DNA of 64,000 nucleotides from Dictyostelium discoideum. Its lineage: Eukaryota. Shown here piece by piece: positions 1 to 12,470 of the stretch. The translations under genes were made by a program, and so were the position numbers. Where the stretch lies: assembly GCA_000004695.1 (NCBI GenBank), contig CM000151.3:1824001-1888000 (forward strand), read 5' to 3'. The stretch's first letter is position 1. Each line of letters starts with the position of its first letter. Below the pieces are notes generated by a model that was given only the letters and a program-made list of their open reading frames with translations, was not told the DNA's origin and made no database searches.

Positions 1-701
1 ATATCTTCATCCATTTTTGTTTTTATGCTTTTTTGTCCATATTCACCCAATTTTGGTTTGACTGGTGTTTTGTTGGTCTTGTTTGTTTTGTCTTGTTGTT
101 TCTTTTTTGGTGTGTTTAACAATTTACTTGGTGAATCGATAATTTTCGATGGTGTACCATAGGTTGGGCTGAAACTCATGATATGTTTTATTGGAGAGGA
201 GAAGAACCATTGATTTGAAGGGATTGAAAGTGGGAATTCTATTTTTCTTATTGCATCAGTGTTTGGGCTGGTGAAGTCGAAGATATCATTTGCCTCTCTA
301 AGTTTTTCTTCCGTTGTTAGTCCCTTTGTTTCGCCGTGTTGTTTTATTGGTGTATTGTATGGAGATGGTGGTTCGATAGGTTTTTCTGATTTTGTTTTAA
401 TTTCTTGATTGTTTATCGATTGTGTATTGATCTCATTCTCTATTCTTGTTAGTTCATCTACGTTTTCTAGTGATGCTTCTATTACCTTTTGAGCTGTATC
501 ATCTAGGGCCATAAATGTTTTATCATTAAATGAGGATGTGATTGGTGGGATAATGATTGTTCTTTTTCCTTGTTTTGGTATTTGTTCTGATGTAGATTGT
601 GGTTGTTGTTCATCTGATTGTTTTTTATTTTTGTTTTCTTCTTGATTTTCTGGTAATGAGGTTTGATCTCTCCATCCTTTGTTGCAGTGTCCAATTAAAT
701 G
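1..701 (-). CDS. partial ORF open to the window edge (>230 codons), K/P/T/S-rich product (MALDDTAQKVIEASLENVDELTRIENEIN... SPTYGTPSKIIDSPSKLLNTPKKKQQDK...); second ORF of the putative retroelement or a host gene
   Basis: Hand translation of the minus strand shows no stop from 701 to 1, with an ATG at 512..510. It is not in the ORF track because it is not closed inside the window. The frame differs from ORF 712..1176. Confidence 0.35.
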
Positions 702-711
702 TTAGATTTGT

Positions 712-1176
712 CTAGTTCAATGGATAAGTGTCAAATTCTTCTACGACTCTTTTCACTGTTTTGATAATTAGAGTTTCGCCTTTAATTTCTAATTTAATTA
801 GTTTACATCCTTCATTTTCTATTACCCATTCTATTTCTGTGAGTGATTTATACCAATCAAAATCTGTATACATATTTTTTGGTCTTATAGTGGTTATAAA
901 TTGTCCTTTTAATTCTGCATCAAACATATTTACAAAATAGATTACTGTACTAATACTGTCTGTGAGAATTTTGAATGTATTATTACTTTTGATTAAAACA
1001 TCTTTTTTGTCCAAACTTTTTTCTAAATCTTTTTTTATTTTATCGTCTGGTTCGTGATTGATGTTTATGACGTATTTGAATTGTTTTTTTTTTAATTGAG
1101 TTTTATCCACAATTTCGCTTATTTTTTGTAGGCATTTGTGTTGCTTAATATTTGTGGTGTTGTTTGTGATTTTCAT
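712..1176 (-). CDS. 154-aa ORF, candidate ORF1 of a TRE5-like element (no recognisable domain)
   Basis: ORF-track ORF with an ATG start at 1176. It lies ~80 bp downstream (minus sense) of a poly(A) tract and is followed after 11 bp by a long ORF in another frame. Confidence 0.35.
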   Translation of the reverse strand: MKITNNTTNIKQHKCLQKISEIVDKTQLKKKQFKYVININHEPDDKIKKDLEKSLDKKDVLIKSNNTFKILTDSISTVIYFVNMFDAELKGQFITTIRPKNMYTDFDWYKSLTEIEWVIENEGCKLIKLEIKGETLIIKTVKRVVEEFDTYPLN

Positions 1177-1252
1177 CTTATTTTCTTTCTATTTTTTTTA
1201 TTTTTCTTTAAAAAGTTAAAAATCTGGAAATTTTCTGATTAACTTGGGTTCC

Positions 1253-1285
<33 letters not shown>

Positions 1286-1288
<3 letters not shown>

Positions 1289-1548
1289 TCTTTTTTATAT
1301 GAAAAATGAAATAATCAAAAAAAGAGATTGTTGTTGTTTGTTTTTTTCGATCTGATTATTTTTTGCTTTTTTTTTGAAAATTTTGCTACGCAAAATTCTC
1401 AAAACGAAACAAATAATAAATTACAATAAAGTAAAAAGATGGCTTTTTAAAATAGTTTATTTATTTATTTATTTGTTTTTTAAGTCTTTTTTATATGAAA
1501 AATGAAATAATCAAAAAAAGAGATTGTTGTTGTTGTTTGTTTTTTTCG
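1286..1548. repeat. two direct copies of a ~67-bp unit (1286..1352 and 1478..1548) separated by ~125 bp; poly(T)28 at 1255..1283 on the + strand
   Basis: Near-identical strings 'aagtcttttttatatgaaaaatgaaataatcaaaaaaagagattgttgttgtttgtttttttcgatct' are seen twice. Read on the minus strand this is unit, spacer, unit, then poly(A). That layout resembles the 3' end (C-module plus poly(A) tail) of a 5'-truncated non-LTR retroelement. Confidence 0.7.
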
Positions 1549-1598
1549 ATCTCATAACCAAGGGTAAATAAAACTGTTTTGAAAAATAAAACATCAAA

Positions 1599-1671
1599 GG
1601 TTTTATAGTGTAATTGGTTAGCACCCAGGACTTTGAATCCTGTAATCTGAGTTCGAGTCTCAGTAGAACCA
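1599..1671 (+). tRNA. tRNA-Gln (anticodon UUG)
   Basis: A 73-nt cloverleaf can be folded by hand. The acceptor stem GGTTTTA pairs with TAGAACC and is followed by discriminator A. The anticodon stem CAGGA/TCCTG encloses the loop CTTTGAA, giving anticodon TTG. The T-arm is CTGAG-TTCGAGT-CTCAG. There is no intron. Confidence 0.85.
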
Positions 1672-1698
1672 CTTTTTTCTCTCACCAAAAAGGTCGCA

Positions 1699-1709
1699 GG
1701 TTCAATTCC
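1699..1709 (+). promoter_or_regulatory. external B box (exB) downstream of the tRNA gene
   Basis: GGTTCAATTCC sits ~28 bp 3' of the tRNA and matches the B-box consensus GGTTCGAATCC. Such ex-B boxes are typical of Dictyostelium tRNA genes. Confidence 0.6.
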
Positions 1710-2462
1710 CCATAAAGAAATATGAATATCAATAGGCAGAGAAAACCATAAAAAGGTGGTGAACTCCAAAATACACACAATCCAAAGAAAATCAGATAAA
1801 AATTCTAACCAAAAAAATACCTCAAAGGAAAATAATTAAATAAATTTTACTACTTGGAATTAAAAGTTGTATTTTTTAAAATAAAAATAAGAACCGCTAA
1901 TTTTTTGCCTTTAATGGAAATTAATTAATTTAAAAGAAAAAAAATAATAAATTAAAAAAATAAAAAATATAGTTATAAATATCATAGTTTAAAAATGTTT
2001 TTTTTAAAGATATTAAAATTTTGAATGTAACCAAAAAAATATATATATTTGTATTATAATTTTATGTTTGGAATTAAAAATTTAAAAAAAAAAACAATCA
2101 AAAAAACTCATATAAAATTACCAATATTTTCACCCACAATAGTTAGAATTAACCACAAAAATGGGTAATTCCAAATATAAAATACATTTATTATAATTTT
2201 ATTTGTAATGGTATAATTTAAAATTAACTTCCTTTTTTTTTTTTAATTTAAAAAAAATACAAATAATGGAACCAAAAATAAATAATAATTTTTTTTAATA
2301 TTATTCTAATTATTTAATTTTTATTTTTTTCATATATTTATTTATTTTATTTTATTTTATTTTATTTTTTTTGTTTTAAATAAAATTTATTATTTAAACA
2401 TAAATAAAAAATAATTTATTCATTAATTTTTATTATCTAAATTTTTTAAAAAAAAAAAAAAA

Positions 2463-3368
2463 ATGAAAATTAAATTAATTTTAGTTTTAATTGTTTTTTT
2501 AACAATAGTAAATGTTAACAATAGTATTGATTTATGTTTATCAAATCCAAAGAAAGCATTAGTTAATCAAGCATGCAAATATTCAACAGATTGTGAATAT
2601 CCATTATTTTGTGGTAGTGGTAATGGGTATGGTAAAAATGCGACATGTTCTAAAAACATTGAAACTGGTGGTAGTTGTGAATCAAATAATCAATGCACAC
2701 CGTGTAATGTTTGTTTTAATGCAAAATGTAAAGTCAAGCTTTATCTTGGTGATGCTTGCGATGAAAATAAGAGCTATTGTTCAAGTTCAGTTTGTATAAA
2801 AGGTAAATGCTCGATTCAAGGTGATGTTTGCACTGCCAATAATCAATGTAAATTCAATAACTACTGCAAATCTGGTAAATGCGTTCCATTAGAGAAAGAA
2901 GGTTCATCATGTGATAAAGACTCAAGTTGTTCATTAACCAATGCTTGTGTCGGTGGTAAATGTGTCACAAAGTATCAAAAACCATTAGGTGCTGTTTGTA
3001 ACTCGTCAAATGAATGTCAAGTATTCTCTGGCCACGTTTGTGGTGCCAATGGTAAGTGTTCAGTTTATAATCAACTATTATCAAAATGTAAAGAAAACTC
3101 TGATTGTGGTCCCAATGGTATGTGTATGTGCAAGAGTGAAACTGAAAATGTTTGTGTTGATTTATCAGTGGGTGCTCTTAAAAATGATAAATGTCCATCA
3201 CTACTCTCCTCTTTCTCCTCTTGTATGACTCGTGAACGTTGTACTGAGAATACTCCAACCGGTTGCCCAAAATGTTATCCAATTTTCATGTGTTATCAAT
3301 ATTCATGTTTCTATATGAACCAATTCATTAGATCAACCCAAAATTATTATAAATCATTTTGTTCTTAA
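2463..3368 (+). CDS. secreted cysteine-rich repeat protein (301 aa; signal peptide, ~40 Cys in repeated C..C..GKC modules)
   Basis: Intact ORF with an ATG start. The N-terminus MKIKLILVLIVFLTIVNVNNS is a signal peptide. Recurrent motifs include CKSGKC, CIKGKC and CVGGKC. It is a paralog of the minus-strand gene 24141..25067. Confidence 0.8.
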   Translation: MKIKLILVLIVFLTIVNVNNSIDLCLSNPKKALVNQACKYSTDCEYPLFCGSGNGYGKNATCSKNIETGGSCESNNQCTPCNVCFNAKCKVKLYLGDACDENKSYCSSSVCIKGKCSIQGDVCTANNQCKFNNYCKSGKCVPLEKEGSSCDKDSSCSLTNACVGGKCVTKYQKPLGAVCNSSNECQVFSGHVCGANGKCSVYNQLLSKCKENSDCGPNGMCMCKSETENVCVDLSVGALKNDKCPSLLSSFSSCMTRERCTENTPTGCPKCYPIFMCYQYSCFYMNQFIRSTQNYYKSFCS

Positions 3369-3686
3369 GTAGTACTAAAATAAAATTAAAAAAAAAAAAA
3401 AAAAAATACCTGTTTGTCCATAAAATTATATAAGAAAAAAAAAAAAAAATTAAAAAAAAAAAAAAAAAAAAGGTATTGAGTAATTCCTCCCAAAACCTCA
3501 AAACCTTAATAAAAATTTTTATTTTTTTTTTTTTTTTTTTTCACTTTTTCCAAAACAAATAATACATTTCACTAAATAATTTGTATCTCTTTATTTCTTT
3601 ATATTTTTTTTTTTTTTTTTTTTTTATTTCTTTATATTTTTTTTTTTTTTTATTTGTTTTTTCTTTTTTTTACAATTTTTTCAATA

Positions 3687-3732
<46 letters not shown>

Positions 3733-3872
3733 CTTTTTATATTTTTTGGAATATCACCAATAACAATAATTCATTATACATAAATAAAATTAAACACGCA
3801 ATAAATAAGAAAAATTAAAAATTAAAAATAATAAAAAAAAAGAACCAATATAATAAAAATAATAATAATAAT

Positions 3873-4290
3873 ATGTCATTATTAGTAGAAGAAAAGAATA
3901 AACTAAATGAAACTCAAGGCGATGTAGCAATGCATACTATCGATGATAAAAACGAAAACGATAATACAACATTAGAGACAACAACAGCAACAACAACAAC
4001 AGATATAATAGAAACAACAGAGGTAACAGAAACTACACCCTCAAAAGAAATAATAAAACAAGGTTTATCACCTTTACCACCTTTTCTGCCAATTGGTTCA
4101 ACTTGGGAAATGGTTGGCGATATGCTTCAAAATCAAATAAAATCATTATCAACATCATCTTCACCATTAACAACAACTACAACAATTACAACAACATCAA
4201 CTACTGATAAAAATAATAATATTGATAATAATATTAATAATAATAATAATATTGATAATAATAACAATAATATTGATAATAATAATATTG

Positions 4291-4380
<90 letters not shown>

Positions 4381-5867
4381 GTAATATTATTATTAATATT
4401 GATAATAATAATAATAATAATAATAATAATATTAATATTAACAATAATAGTGAACCTATGATAATCATGGATTCAAATAGTAATAATAGCAATAATAGTA
4501 GTAATAATAGTACATCACCATCGGAAGCAAATGATGATATAAAAAATAATAATAATAGTATTAATAATAATAATGATGGTAGCAATAGTAACAATAATAG
4601 CAATATCAATAATAATGAAAAAGCTTTTACTTTATTAAGTGAAACTTGTAAGTTCTTTTTCTTTCTTGTTAACAATATTGATACTATATATATATATATA
4701 TATATATATAAATATTAATTTATATATTATTAAATTTATTTCTAGATATGGATGTCTTTGGAATATTACCATCTAAAGACCCATTAGTTTTAGTGGTTTG
4801 TCATAAATGTTCAAAGCCTGTTAAAAAATCAAGATTCATTAATCATTTTGAAAATTGTTTAGGAACAGGTGGTAATAATAATTATTGTAATAGTAATAGT
4901 GGAGTTTTAGACAATACTAGTAGTGGTAATAGTACTACGGCAGCGGTAAATGGCGATACAACAACATCATCAGTAGTAAATGATTCAAATATAAATTCAT
5001 CAACAACCTTAACAGCACCAATTACACCAAATCCAGTGACTAATGCAAAAGGAAATAAATCAAATCCTTCTCCTGACCCAAAGAAAAAAGTAAATGCAGG
5101 TATAGGAAGAGGTAGACCAAAGAAAAAGGTTGATCCTCCTAAAATACCAGAAGTAATCACAACTCCAATTGTTGATTCAACCACCACTTCTACTTCTACT
5201 TCTACTTCTACTACTACTACTACTACTACTTCTACCCCTACAAATACAACCATTGAAAATCTATCACAATCTTCTTCTCAATCATCCTCACAATCATCTA
5301 ATAATCTAGATACACTTATAGCAACAAACAATCCCACCAACACCACTACCACCACAATAAATAGTACAGATGTATTAATACCGACAAATGCAACAACCAC
5401 ATCAACAACAACAGCAGCAGCACCAATAACACCAACAACAACAACAGTAACAACACAACCAACAGAACAACAAGTTGTAAAAAAAATGGGGGCAATGCAA
5501 CCATTAACAGCAAGAAAAAGGAACTATGATTCTTTGAAATCATCTTCGTCCTCTACACCAATTGTTCCAAGTACAAACAAACCTTCACTTGAAACTTGTC
5601 CTGAAGGTGATACACCATCAAAAAATACTTTAGATACTAATAATGATAGTACAACAACAACAACAACAACATCAGCAACAGCAACAACATCAGCAATCGC
5701 TTCTCCAGGAGCAACAGCAGCAACAGATACTAATACTACACCATCATCATCAACCACAAATGAACCAAGCAGTAATGTTAATAATTCTGAAGATTCTACT
5801 AAAATTGATAAAATGGAAATAGATGGCGATAATAATACTTCCGATAATAATAATAGCAATAATGGCA

Positions 5868-5924
<57 letters not shown>

Positions 5925-6007
5925 GTAGCAATGATAATAATAATAGCAATAATAATAATGATAATAATAATGATAATGATAAAAATATCAACAACAACAA
6001 TAATAAC

Positions 6008-6042
<35 letters not shown>

Positions 6043-6753
6043 TAGTAATAACAACAATAAAGAAGAAACTAAATTAGATACAAAATTAATTAATTCAATA
6101 GGTTGTAATGGTATAGTTACAATGGTAGTACCATTAGCATATAGAACTCTTAATTGTAGTATCATTAATGAGAATAAAAGATTTAAGAATTTATTTTCAC
6201 CTGAAAAAGTTAAAGTTTCATTAACATCTGAAGATGATACTGACGATTCAGATGATAATGATGGTGATGATGATACAACAATGATGATGACGAATATAAA
6301 TAATGAAAAGAAATCTTCAAATAAAAATAAAAATACCATTATTACACCATTAGGTATATCACCATTACTAATTAATGATATACTTTTAAATGCATCAATG
6401 AGAGCAAAAAATTATCAACAACAATTATTAATGCAACAGCAATTACAACAACAATTAAAACAACAACAAATACAGATTCAACAACAACAATTGATACTAC
6501 AACAACAAGCTCAACAACAAGCTCAACAAGCTCAACAACAAGCTCAACAACAAGCTCAACTACAAATGCAACAACAGCAAATACAACAACAACTGCAACA
6601 ACAGCAACAACAACAACAACAACAACAACAATGGACTTCTCAACAAACACATACAAATACAACACCAAATATGGTTTCAAAGATTTCAACAACGCCACAA
6701 ACTAGCAATAATAGTAATAAACCTACATATGCACCACCACCTCAATTCCAGAC

Positions 6754-6836
<83 letters not shown>

Positions 6837-8559
6837 GTAACACCAATATTAATAATAACAATAATAATACATCAATGAATCCACCAACACCTAATTCTTC
6901 AACATCAATGAATCCACCAACACCAAACACTTCAATGAATCCACCAACTCCAAACACTGTAAATACATCAATGAATCCACCAACTCCAACACCTGCAACA
7001 CCTTCAACACCTTCAACAATGATGAATCCTCCTACACCTGTTACAAATAGTATTTCAACATCATCTTCATCAGTACCAACCACAACCACAACTACAACAA
7101 CAACAACAACGGAAAAAGAGAGTAAAAAAGAATCTAAACCAAAGAAATTAACTAAAAAAGAAAAAGAAAAACTAGAGAAAGAAAAGGAAAAAGAAAAAGA
7201 AAAAGAAAAGAAAAAGAAATCTAAAAAAGATAAAGATAAAGAAAAAGATAAAGAAAAAGAAAAAGATTCTGAGAGTAAGTTTATTTTTTTAAAATTATTA
7301 ATTATTATTGTTTTAAGAATTGATTATTAATAATTTTTCCATTCATTTTTTATTTTATTTTTTATCCGAACACCCAAACAGAAAAATCCAATTCCAAAAA
7401 GAAAAAGGAAGATAAAAAACTTAGCAATAGTTCAGGCGCTGTTACAGCATCGATTATTAGCGAATCACCAACTGCAGCATCATTAACAACTTCAACAACA
7501 GCAACAGCAACAATGACAACAACAACACAACCACCTGTATTAGTGCCAAATCAACCTCCAACACCTAACCAATTGGTAAATTCAATGTCACCATCACCTT
7601 CACCAACAATACAACAACAAAATATTCTACCAACACAACAAATTCAACCACAAATTCAACCCCAACAACAAATACAATCACCCCAACAACAATTCCAACA
7701 ACCACAACCACATCAACAACAATTCCAACAACCACAACCACAACCACAACAACAACAAAATATATCACATTTACAACCTCCACAAATTTTACAACAACAA
7801 CAACAACAAATACAACAACAATTACAGCAACAACAATTACAACAACAACAGCTTCAACAACAATTACAACAATTACCTCCACAAATACTGCAACAATTAC
7901 AACAACAACAATTACAACAACAACAACAACAATTACAACAACAACAACAACAACAACTTCAAACACCACAAATTTTACTTCAAAATCAAAATCAAAATAT
8001 AAATATGAATTTAATTAATCCACAATTATTCCAAGCAAATCAAATGATGTCATCACCAAATATTGTTTATGCAAATTCTCCATTACCTCAAAACCAAAAT
8101 CAAAACCAACAAAATCAAAATCAAAATCAAAACCAACAACAAATATTAACTCAACAACAATTACAACAACAACAATTATTAAAACAACAACAGTTACAAC
8201 AACTTTACTATAGGCAATTAGCACAACAACAACAACAACAGCAACAGCAACAACAACAAAATAATACTCAATTAAATAATAGTGGAGGATTTCAACAACA
8301 ACAATTTGCAAATAATAACCTAAATATACCCCAACAACAAGTACCATCACCTCAAATTGGGCAACAACAACAACAACAACAATTACCTCTTGGAATTCAA
8401 CCTCCACCCCAAATAATACAAAATATGCAACAACAACAACAACTTCAACAACAACAATTACTACAACAACAATTACTACAACAACAATTATTGCAACAAC
8501 AGCAACTACAACAATTACAACAACAACAAAACAATAATAAACAATATATTCCACAATAA
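3873..8559 (+). CDS. three-exon gene encoding a ~1490-aa low-complexity nuclear protein with an Sgf11/ataxin-7-type C2HC zinc finger and an AT-hook; exons ~3873..4647, 4746..7274, 7382..8559
   Basis: Introns run from GTAAGT at 4648 to AG at 4745 and from GTAAGT at 7275 to AG at 7381. Both are phase 1 and AT-rich, and they join track ORFs 3873.., 4748..7330 and 7513..8559 in frame, as checked codon by codon. The zinc-finger motif is CHKCSKPVKKSRFINHFENC (C-x2-C-x12-H-x3-C with the SRF..H.E.C signature). The AT-hook is GRGRPKKK. The protein also carries poly-N, poly-T and poly-Q runs, TSMNPPTPN repeats and a KEKEKE tail. Confidence 0.7.
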
Positions 8560-8688
8560 TTAAATACTAGAATTATTTGTGGAAAATAATATTTATTTTA
8601 AATTTATAATTATTTTTATTTTTATTTTTATTTTTTTATTTTTTTTTTTCTTAATATAAAATACAAAGTGTTTTTATTTTTAAATTGA

Positions 8689-10610
8689 TTAATTTGATTT
8701 TTCATGATCATAACCATAATCAATACTATTACCCAAAGTTGAGTTATTATTATTGTTATTATTATTAATAATTGGATTTGAAGAAGATGATAAATCTTTT
8801 TGAGTTACAACATCTAATTCTTTGGAATTAGCATTAGCATTATCATCAGTCATTGGAGTATCACCATTTAATTCATCCAAAACTGATTGATCAATTTCTT
8901 TGAATCTATAGGCAATAATGATAAAGATAAAGATGAATACAAACATTACAGAACCAAATAATAATGATAAAACATATTCTGGTAATTCAATTAATTCAAT
9001 TACAAAAGCATCAAACATATTACCAATGGAAACACAAATTAACCAACCTGCAATTACCAATGATTTCATAGAACGTGGTGAATTTGCATAGGCAAATTCT
9101 AAACCAGTGATTGATAATAAAACTTCAGCGGCAGTCAAGACAACATATTGTGGTATTTGTAAAGCGATATGTACAGATTCTGGTGGAGAGTTATCAATAT
9201 GAACTTGAATAATAGCTGAAATGTAAAATGCAATCACAGACAAAAACATACCGGTACCCATTCTACGAAGGAGTGTGAAATTAATCTTCTTTCTTTCCAA
9301 TGGACGATAAATACCATATTCAAAGATTGGTACGAAAATCATAACCAATAATGGATTAATACAATTGATAATTTCAGAATCAATTTCCCAACTTCCTAAA
9401 TGTCTATCCATAGAATTGGCTTGAATAGTCCAACGAGTACCAGTTTGATCATACAAAGCCCAGAAGAATGGTAATGGTACAAACACTGTTAAAACTCTTA
9501 ATACCAATTTCACTTGTTCAACAATTCTTGGTGAATATTTTAATTTGGCTCTGTCCAAGAAACTATTGTTATAGTAATGGTCATTGTATTTACTACCACG
9601 GAATGTTTTCTTTACACTTTCAGAGATACCGGTACCAACGATACAGAATGCAGTTGATAAAACGGATCCTTGTGGTTTACGTTTAACATATTGTTTATTA
9701 CCAACTAAATAAATTAAAATTGAAATAATTAATATACCAGCTGGAATTACAAATGCACACCAATAACCAACATTAGTTCTTAAAATTGGTGAAAGAATTG
9801 ATGAAAAGAATGATCCTAAATTTACACACCAATAAAATACTTGGAAAAGATTTTGAAGTAATTTCTTTTGATGTGGACCAAATTGATCACCACAAAATGA
9901 ACTTACAACTGGTTTAATACCACCTGTACCAATTGCAATACAAGTTAAACCAACAATTAAACCTAATTTTTTTTTTTTTTTTTAAAATAAATTTAATTAA
10001 TAAATTATTTTAATTTTTTAATTATTATTTTTTTTAAAATAGTATTTAAATATTTACCCCATGGTGATCTTTCACCTGGACTGTCACCAGTAATTCCTGG
10101 AATTGCAGTAATTGAAAAAATAGCAGCTCCAAAACAATATAAAATACTGAAATATAAAATTGTTTTGTATTTTCCTAAAACACCATCAGCAACATAAGCA
10201 CCAACAAGTGAACTTTTTTTTTTTTATAAAAAATAAATAAATATTAATAACTTTTTAATATTTTTTAAAAATTTAATGAAATTTACTTACAAAATATAAG
10301 CACCAGCATTAAAACCGTGACCAATTGAAGAAGCATTTTTTTCAGAATATCCCATGAAACTGATTAAATAATTTGTTAAAATACCTCTTAAAGCATAGTA
10401 TGAATACCTTTCACAAATTTCATTACCCATAATATATTTAATTGATGATGGAAAATGATTTTCATCCCCTCCATAAACAAAAACTTCATTATCAATACCT
10501 TCCATATCACCTTGTTTACCTTTAGATGAACCCTTTCCATCAATTGATGACCCTAAATTATCAATTGATGTTGATACACCAGAATTTGATGATTCTTCTT
10601 CTATCGCCAT
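8689..10610 (-). CDS. proton-dependent oligopeptide transporter (POT/PTR2 family), 3 exons: 10610..10291, 10212..10058, 9962..8689 (~582 aa)
   Basis: PTR2 signature 1 is GNEICERYSYYALRGIL. Exon 2 encodes GAYVADGVLGKYKTILYFSILY. Exon 3 encodes GTGGIKPVVSSFCGDQF and FYWCVNLGSFFSS. The donors are GTAAGT and GTAAAT, the introns are AT-rich (~78 and ~95 bp), and the phases are consistent. Confidence 0.85.
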
Positions 10611-10634
10611 TTTTTATAATAATAATTATTTTCT

Positions 10635-10665
<31 letters not shown>

Positions 10666-10966
10666 TGGTTCCCTTTTTTCCAAAAATAAATTTTTTTTTT
10701 TTTTTTTAACTATTATTTATTATTTTAATGTTATTAATAGATATTAATTTACAAAGATTTTGATTTTTTAAGCTATTAATACCACAAAAGGAATGGTATG
10801 TATATTTATAAATTTTTTTTTTATTATTATTTGGGGGTTTTTTTTTTTTTTTTTTTTTTTTTTATTTATTTATATATTTATTTATTTATTTATTTATTAT
10901 ATTAGTATTAATATTTAGTATTAAAAAACCAATAAAATTTCTTTAAACCGAATCTTCTAAAAATTT

Positions 10967-11008
<42 letters not shown>

Positions 11009-11042
11009 TTTTTATTTATATTATCATATATATATATATATT

Positions 11043-11340
11043 ATGAATAACATTTATTTATTTGAATTTCCCAAATATTTAAGATAATTTTTTAGAATGT
11101 TCTAGAACATTCGAAGAATAAAAAATTTTCGAAAGAAAAGTAAAAATTTCGAACCGGCACAATGACGCGATCATTGCGCAAGGTCGAAAAACTGAAAAAT
11201 TCCGAACCGACACTATGCACAAAGTTGTGAAGGGTCGAAAACTCTTATTTTTTTGAGTTTTGCTAAATTTTTAAGAAAATAAAAACGTATAAATAGTGGC
11301 ACTAAAAACTAAAACAATTTGATTTATTTTATTTGGGAAT
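11043..11340. repeat. DIRS-1 left inverted terminal repeat
   Basis: It is the reverse complement of 15481..15782 over ~300 bp. Shared strings include ...cgaaccggcacaatgacgcgatcattgcgcaaggtcgaaaa.... Confidence 0.85.
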
Positions 11341-11463
11341 TCCTCCTATATATATTTAAGATACACACACACACAAATTTTATACAAATAATTATTTCTC
11401 TTTATTAATTTTTAATATTATTATTTTTTCTCATATTATAATTTTAGATATCAACAATAAAAT

Positions 11464-12470
11464 ATGTCTACCACTGTTAATAATAATGATGCCTCTAGTA
11501 GTAGTACCTCTGCCTCTAATAGCGCTGAATCCTTTGATTTAAGAATGAAATCAATGGAGGATCAAATCAACAACCTTTCCTTAGCCTTTACAAGATTCAT
11601 GAAAGAACCTATGTTCTCTTCTAATACCAACTCACGTAGCCAACCTTCTCATGATAACTCTGACACCGAGAATGAACAAAGTGAAGATGAATCAAGTAAC
11701 AATGTCGATGTTCCAACCGATTATCAATTATCCGATACCTTACTTGGTCAGTACAAACATATGGTAAACAATAAAGGTTTACTCGTCGAAGAAGAATGTA
11801 TCCTCAAGAAAGATGAGATATCCGAATTGAATAAAGTATTCAACTTTCCATCTAACTTCCAAGTGAATGTCGCTCCATTCGGTACACCTGAAGGTATTAC
11901 TGTATCATCCAACGTCAAGAACAATGATACTGATTGTTGATTGTCGAAAAGCGAATCAACGATAGCTTGAAACCTTTGCTTCTCATGTCAAGTATGTTAT
12001 CATCTGATAGCTCTAATGTCGATGTAGAACTTATTAGTTACTTAACTCAGAGTGCAATCGTCTTAGCCGTTAACGCTCAAGCATCGCTTAGTCGTGTCCG
12101 TCGTAACAACATCGCTAAAGAAATCTATGGTTCTGAAGTACTCTTACCAATTAAGATCAAGGATACACCAAAGATGTTTGATGAAACTGAAACTGAACGT
12201 GTAAGAAAGCTAGCCAAGTCAATCAGAAAGAACAACGAAGCTAAACAATCATTGTTAAAATTGAATTATCATTCCAAGTCCAATGTCAAGAAATCAGTTA
12301 ACTCAAGTGGTAATAACACTACAGGAAACAGTAGTAATAGTAAATCCAGTAGTGGGAGTAATGGCCGATCTAACAACTTCAATGGATCACCAAGTAATGT
12401 TGCATCAGGTAGCAACAATACCAAGTCTGCCAACGGTACCAACAACCGTTTTCAGAAGAACAAGAAGTAA
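11464..12470 (+). CDS. DIRS-1 ORF1 (gag-like), present as two overlapping ORFs (11464..11940 frame 1; 11934..12470 frame 0)
   Basis: Two adjacent ORFs overlap by 7 nt. The products are S/N-rich with no recognisable domain. This may be one gene interrupted by a frameshift. Confidence 0.55.

Larger units (their letters stand above)
1..1550 (-). mobile_element. putative tRNA-gene-targeted non-LTR retroelement (TRE5-class) copy or array; its tRNA-proximal end lies ~49 bp upstream of tRNA-Gln
   Basis: Two consecutive minus-strand ORFs in different frames (1176..712, then 701..1 open to the window edge) in GC-richer, coding-like sequence. The minus-strand poly(A) tract 1283..1255 is followed by duplicated ~67 bp units. 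The whole block ends ~49 bp upstream of a tRNA gene, which is the characteristic TRE5 integration distance in D. discoideum. The assignment to TRE5-A, -B or -C cannot be made, and no APE/RT motif is visible inside the window. Confidence 0.4.

Noticed and set aside
3581-3763. poly-F ORF (60 aa)
   Set aside because: It is a translation of intergenic poly(T) tracts.
4133-4675. Minus-strand ORF (180 aa, poly-L)
   Set aside because: It is the antisense of the poly-N (AAT)n coding repeat of the + strand gene, an artefact of repeat symmetry. The same applies to 4222..4461, 5524..6339, 5823..6077, 6372..6698, 6742..7089, 7565..7969 and 8015..8554.
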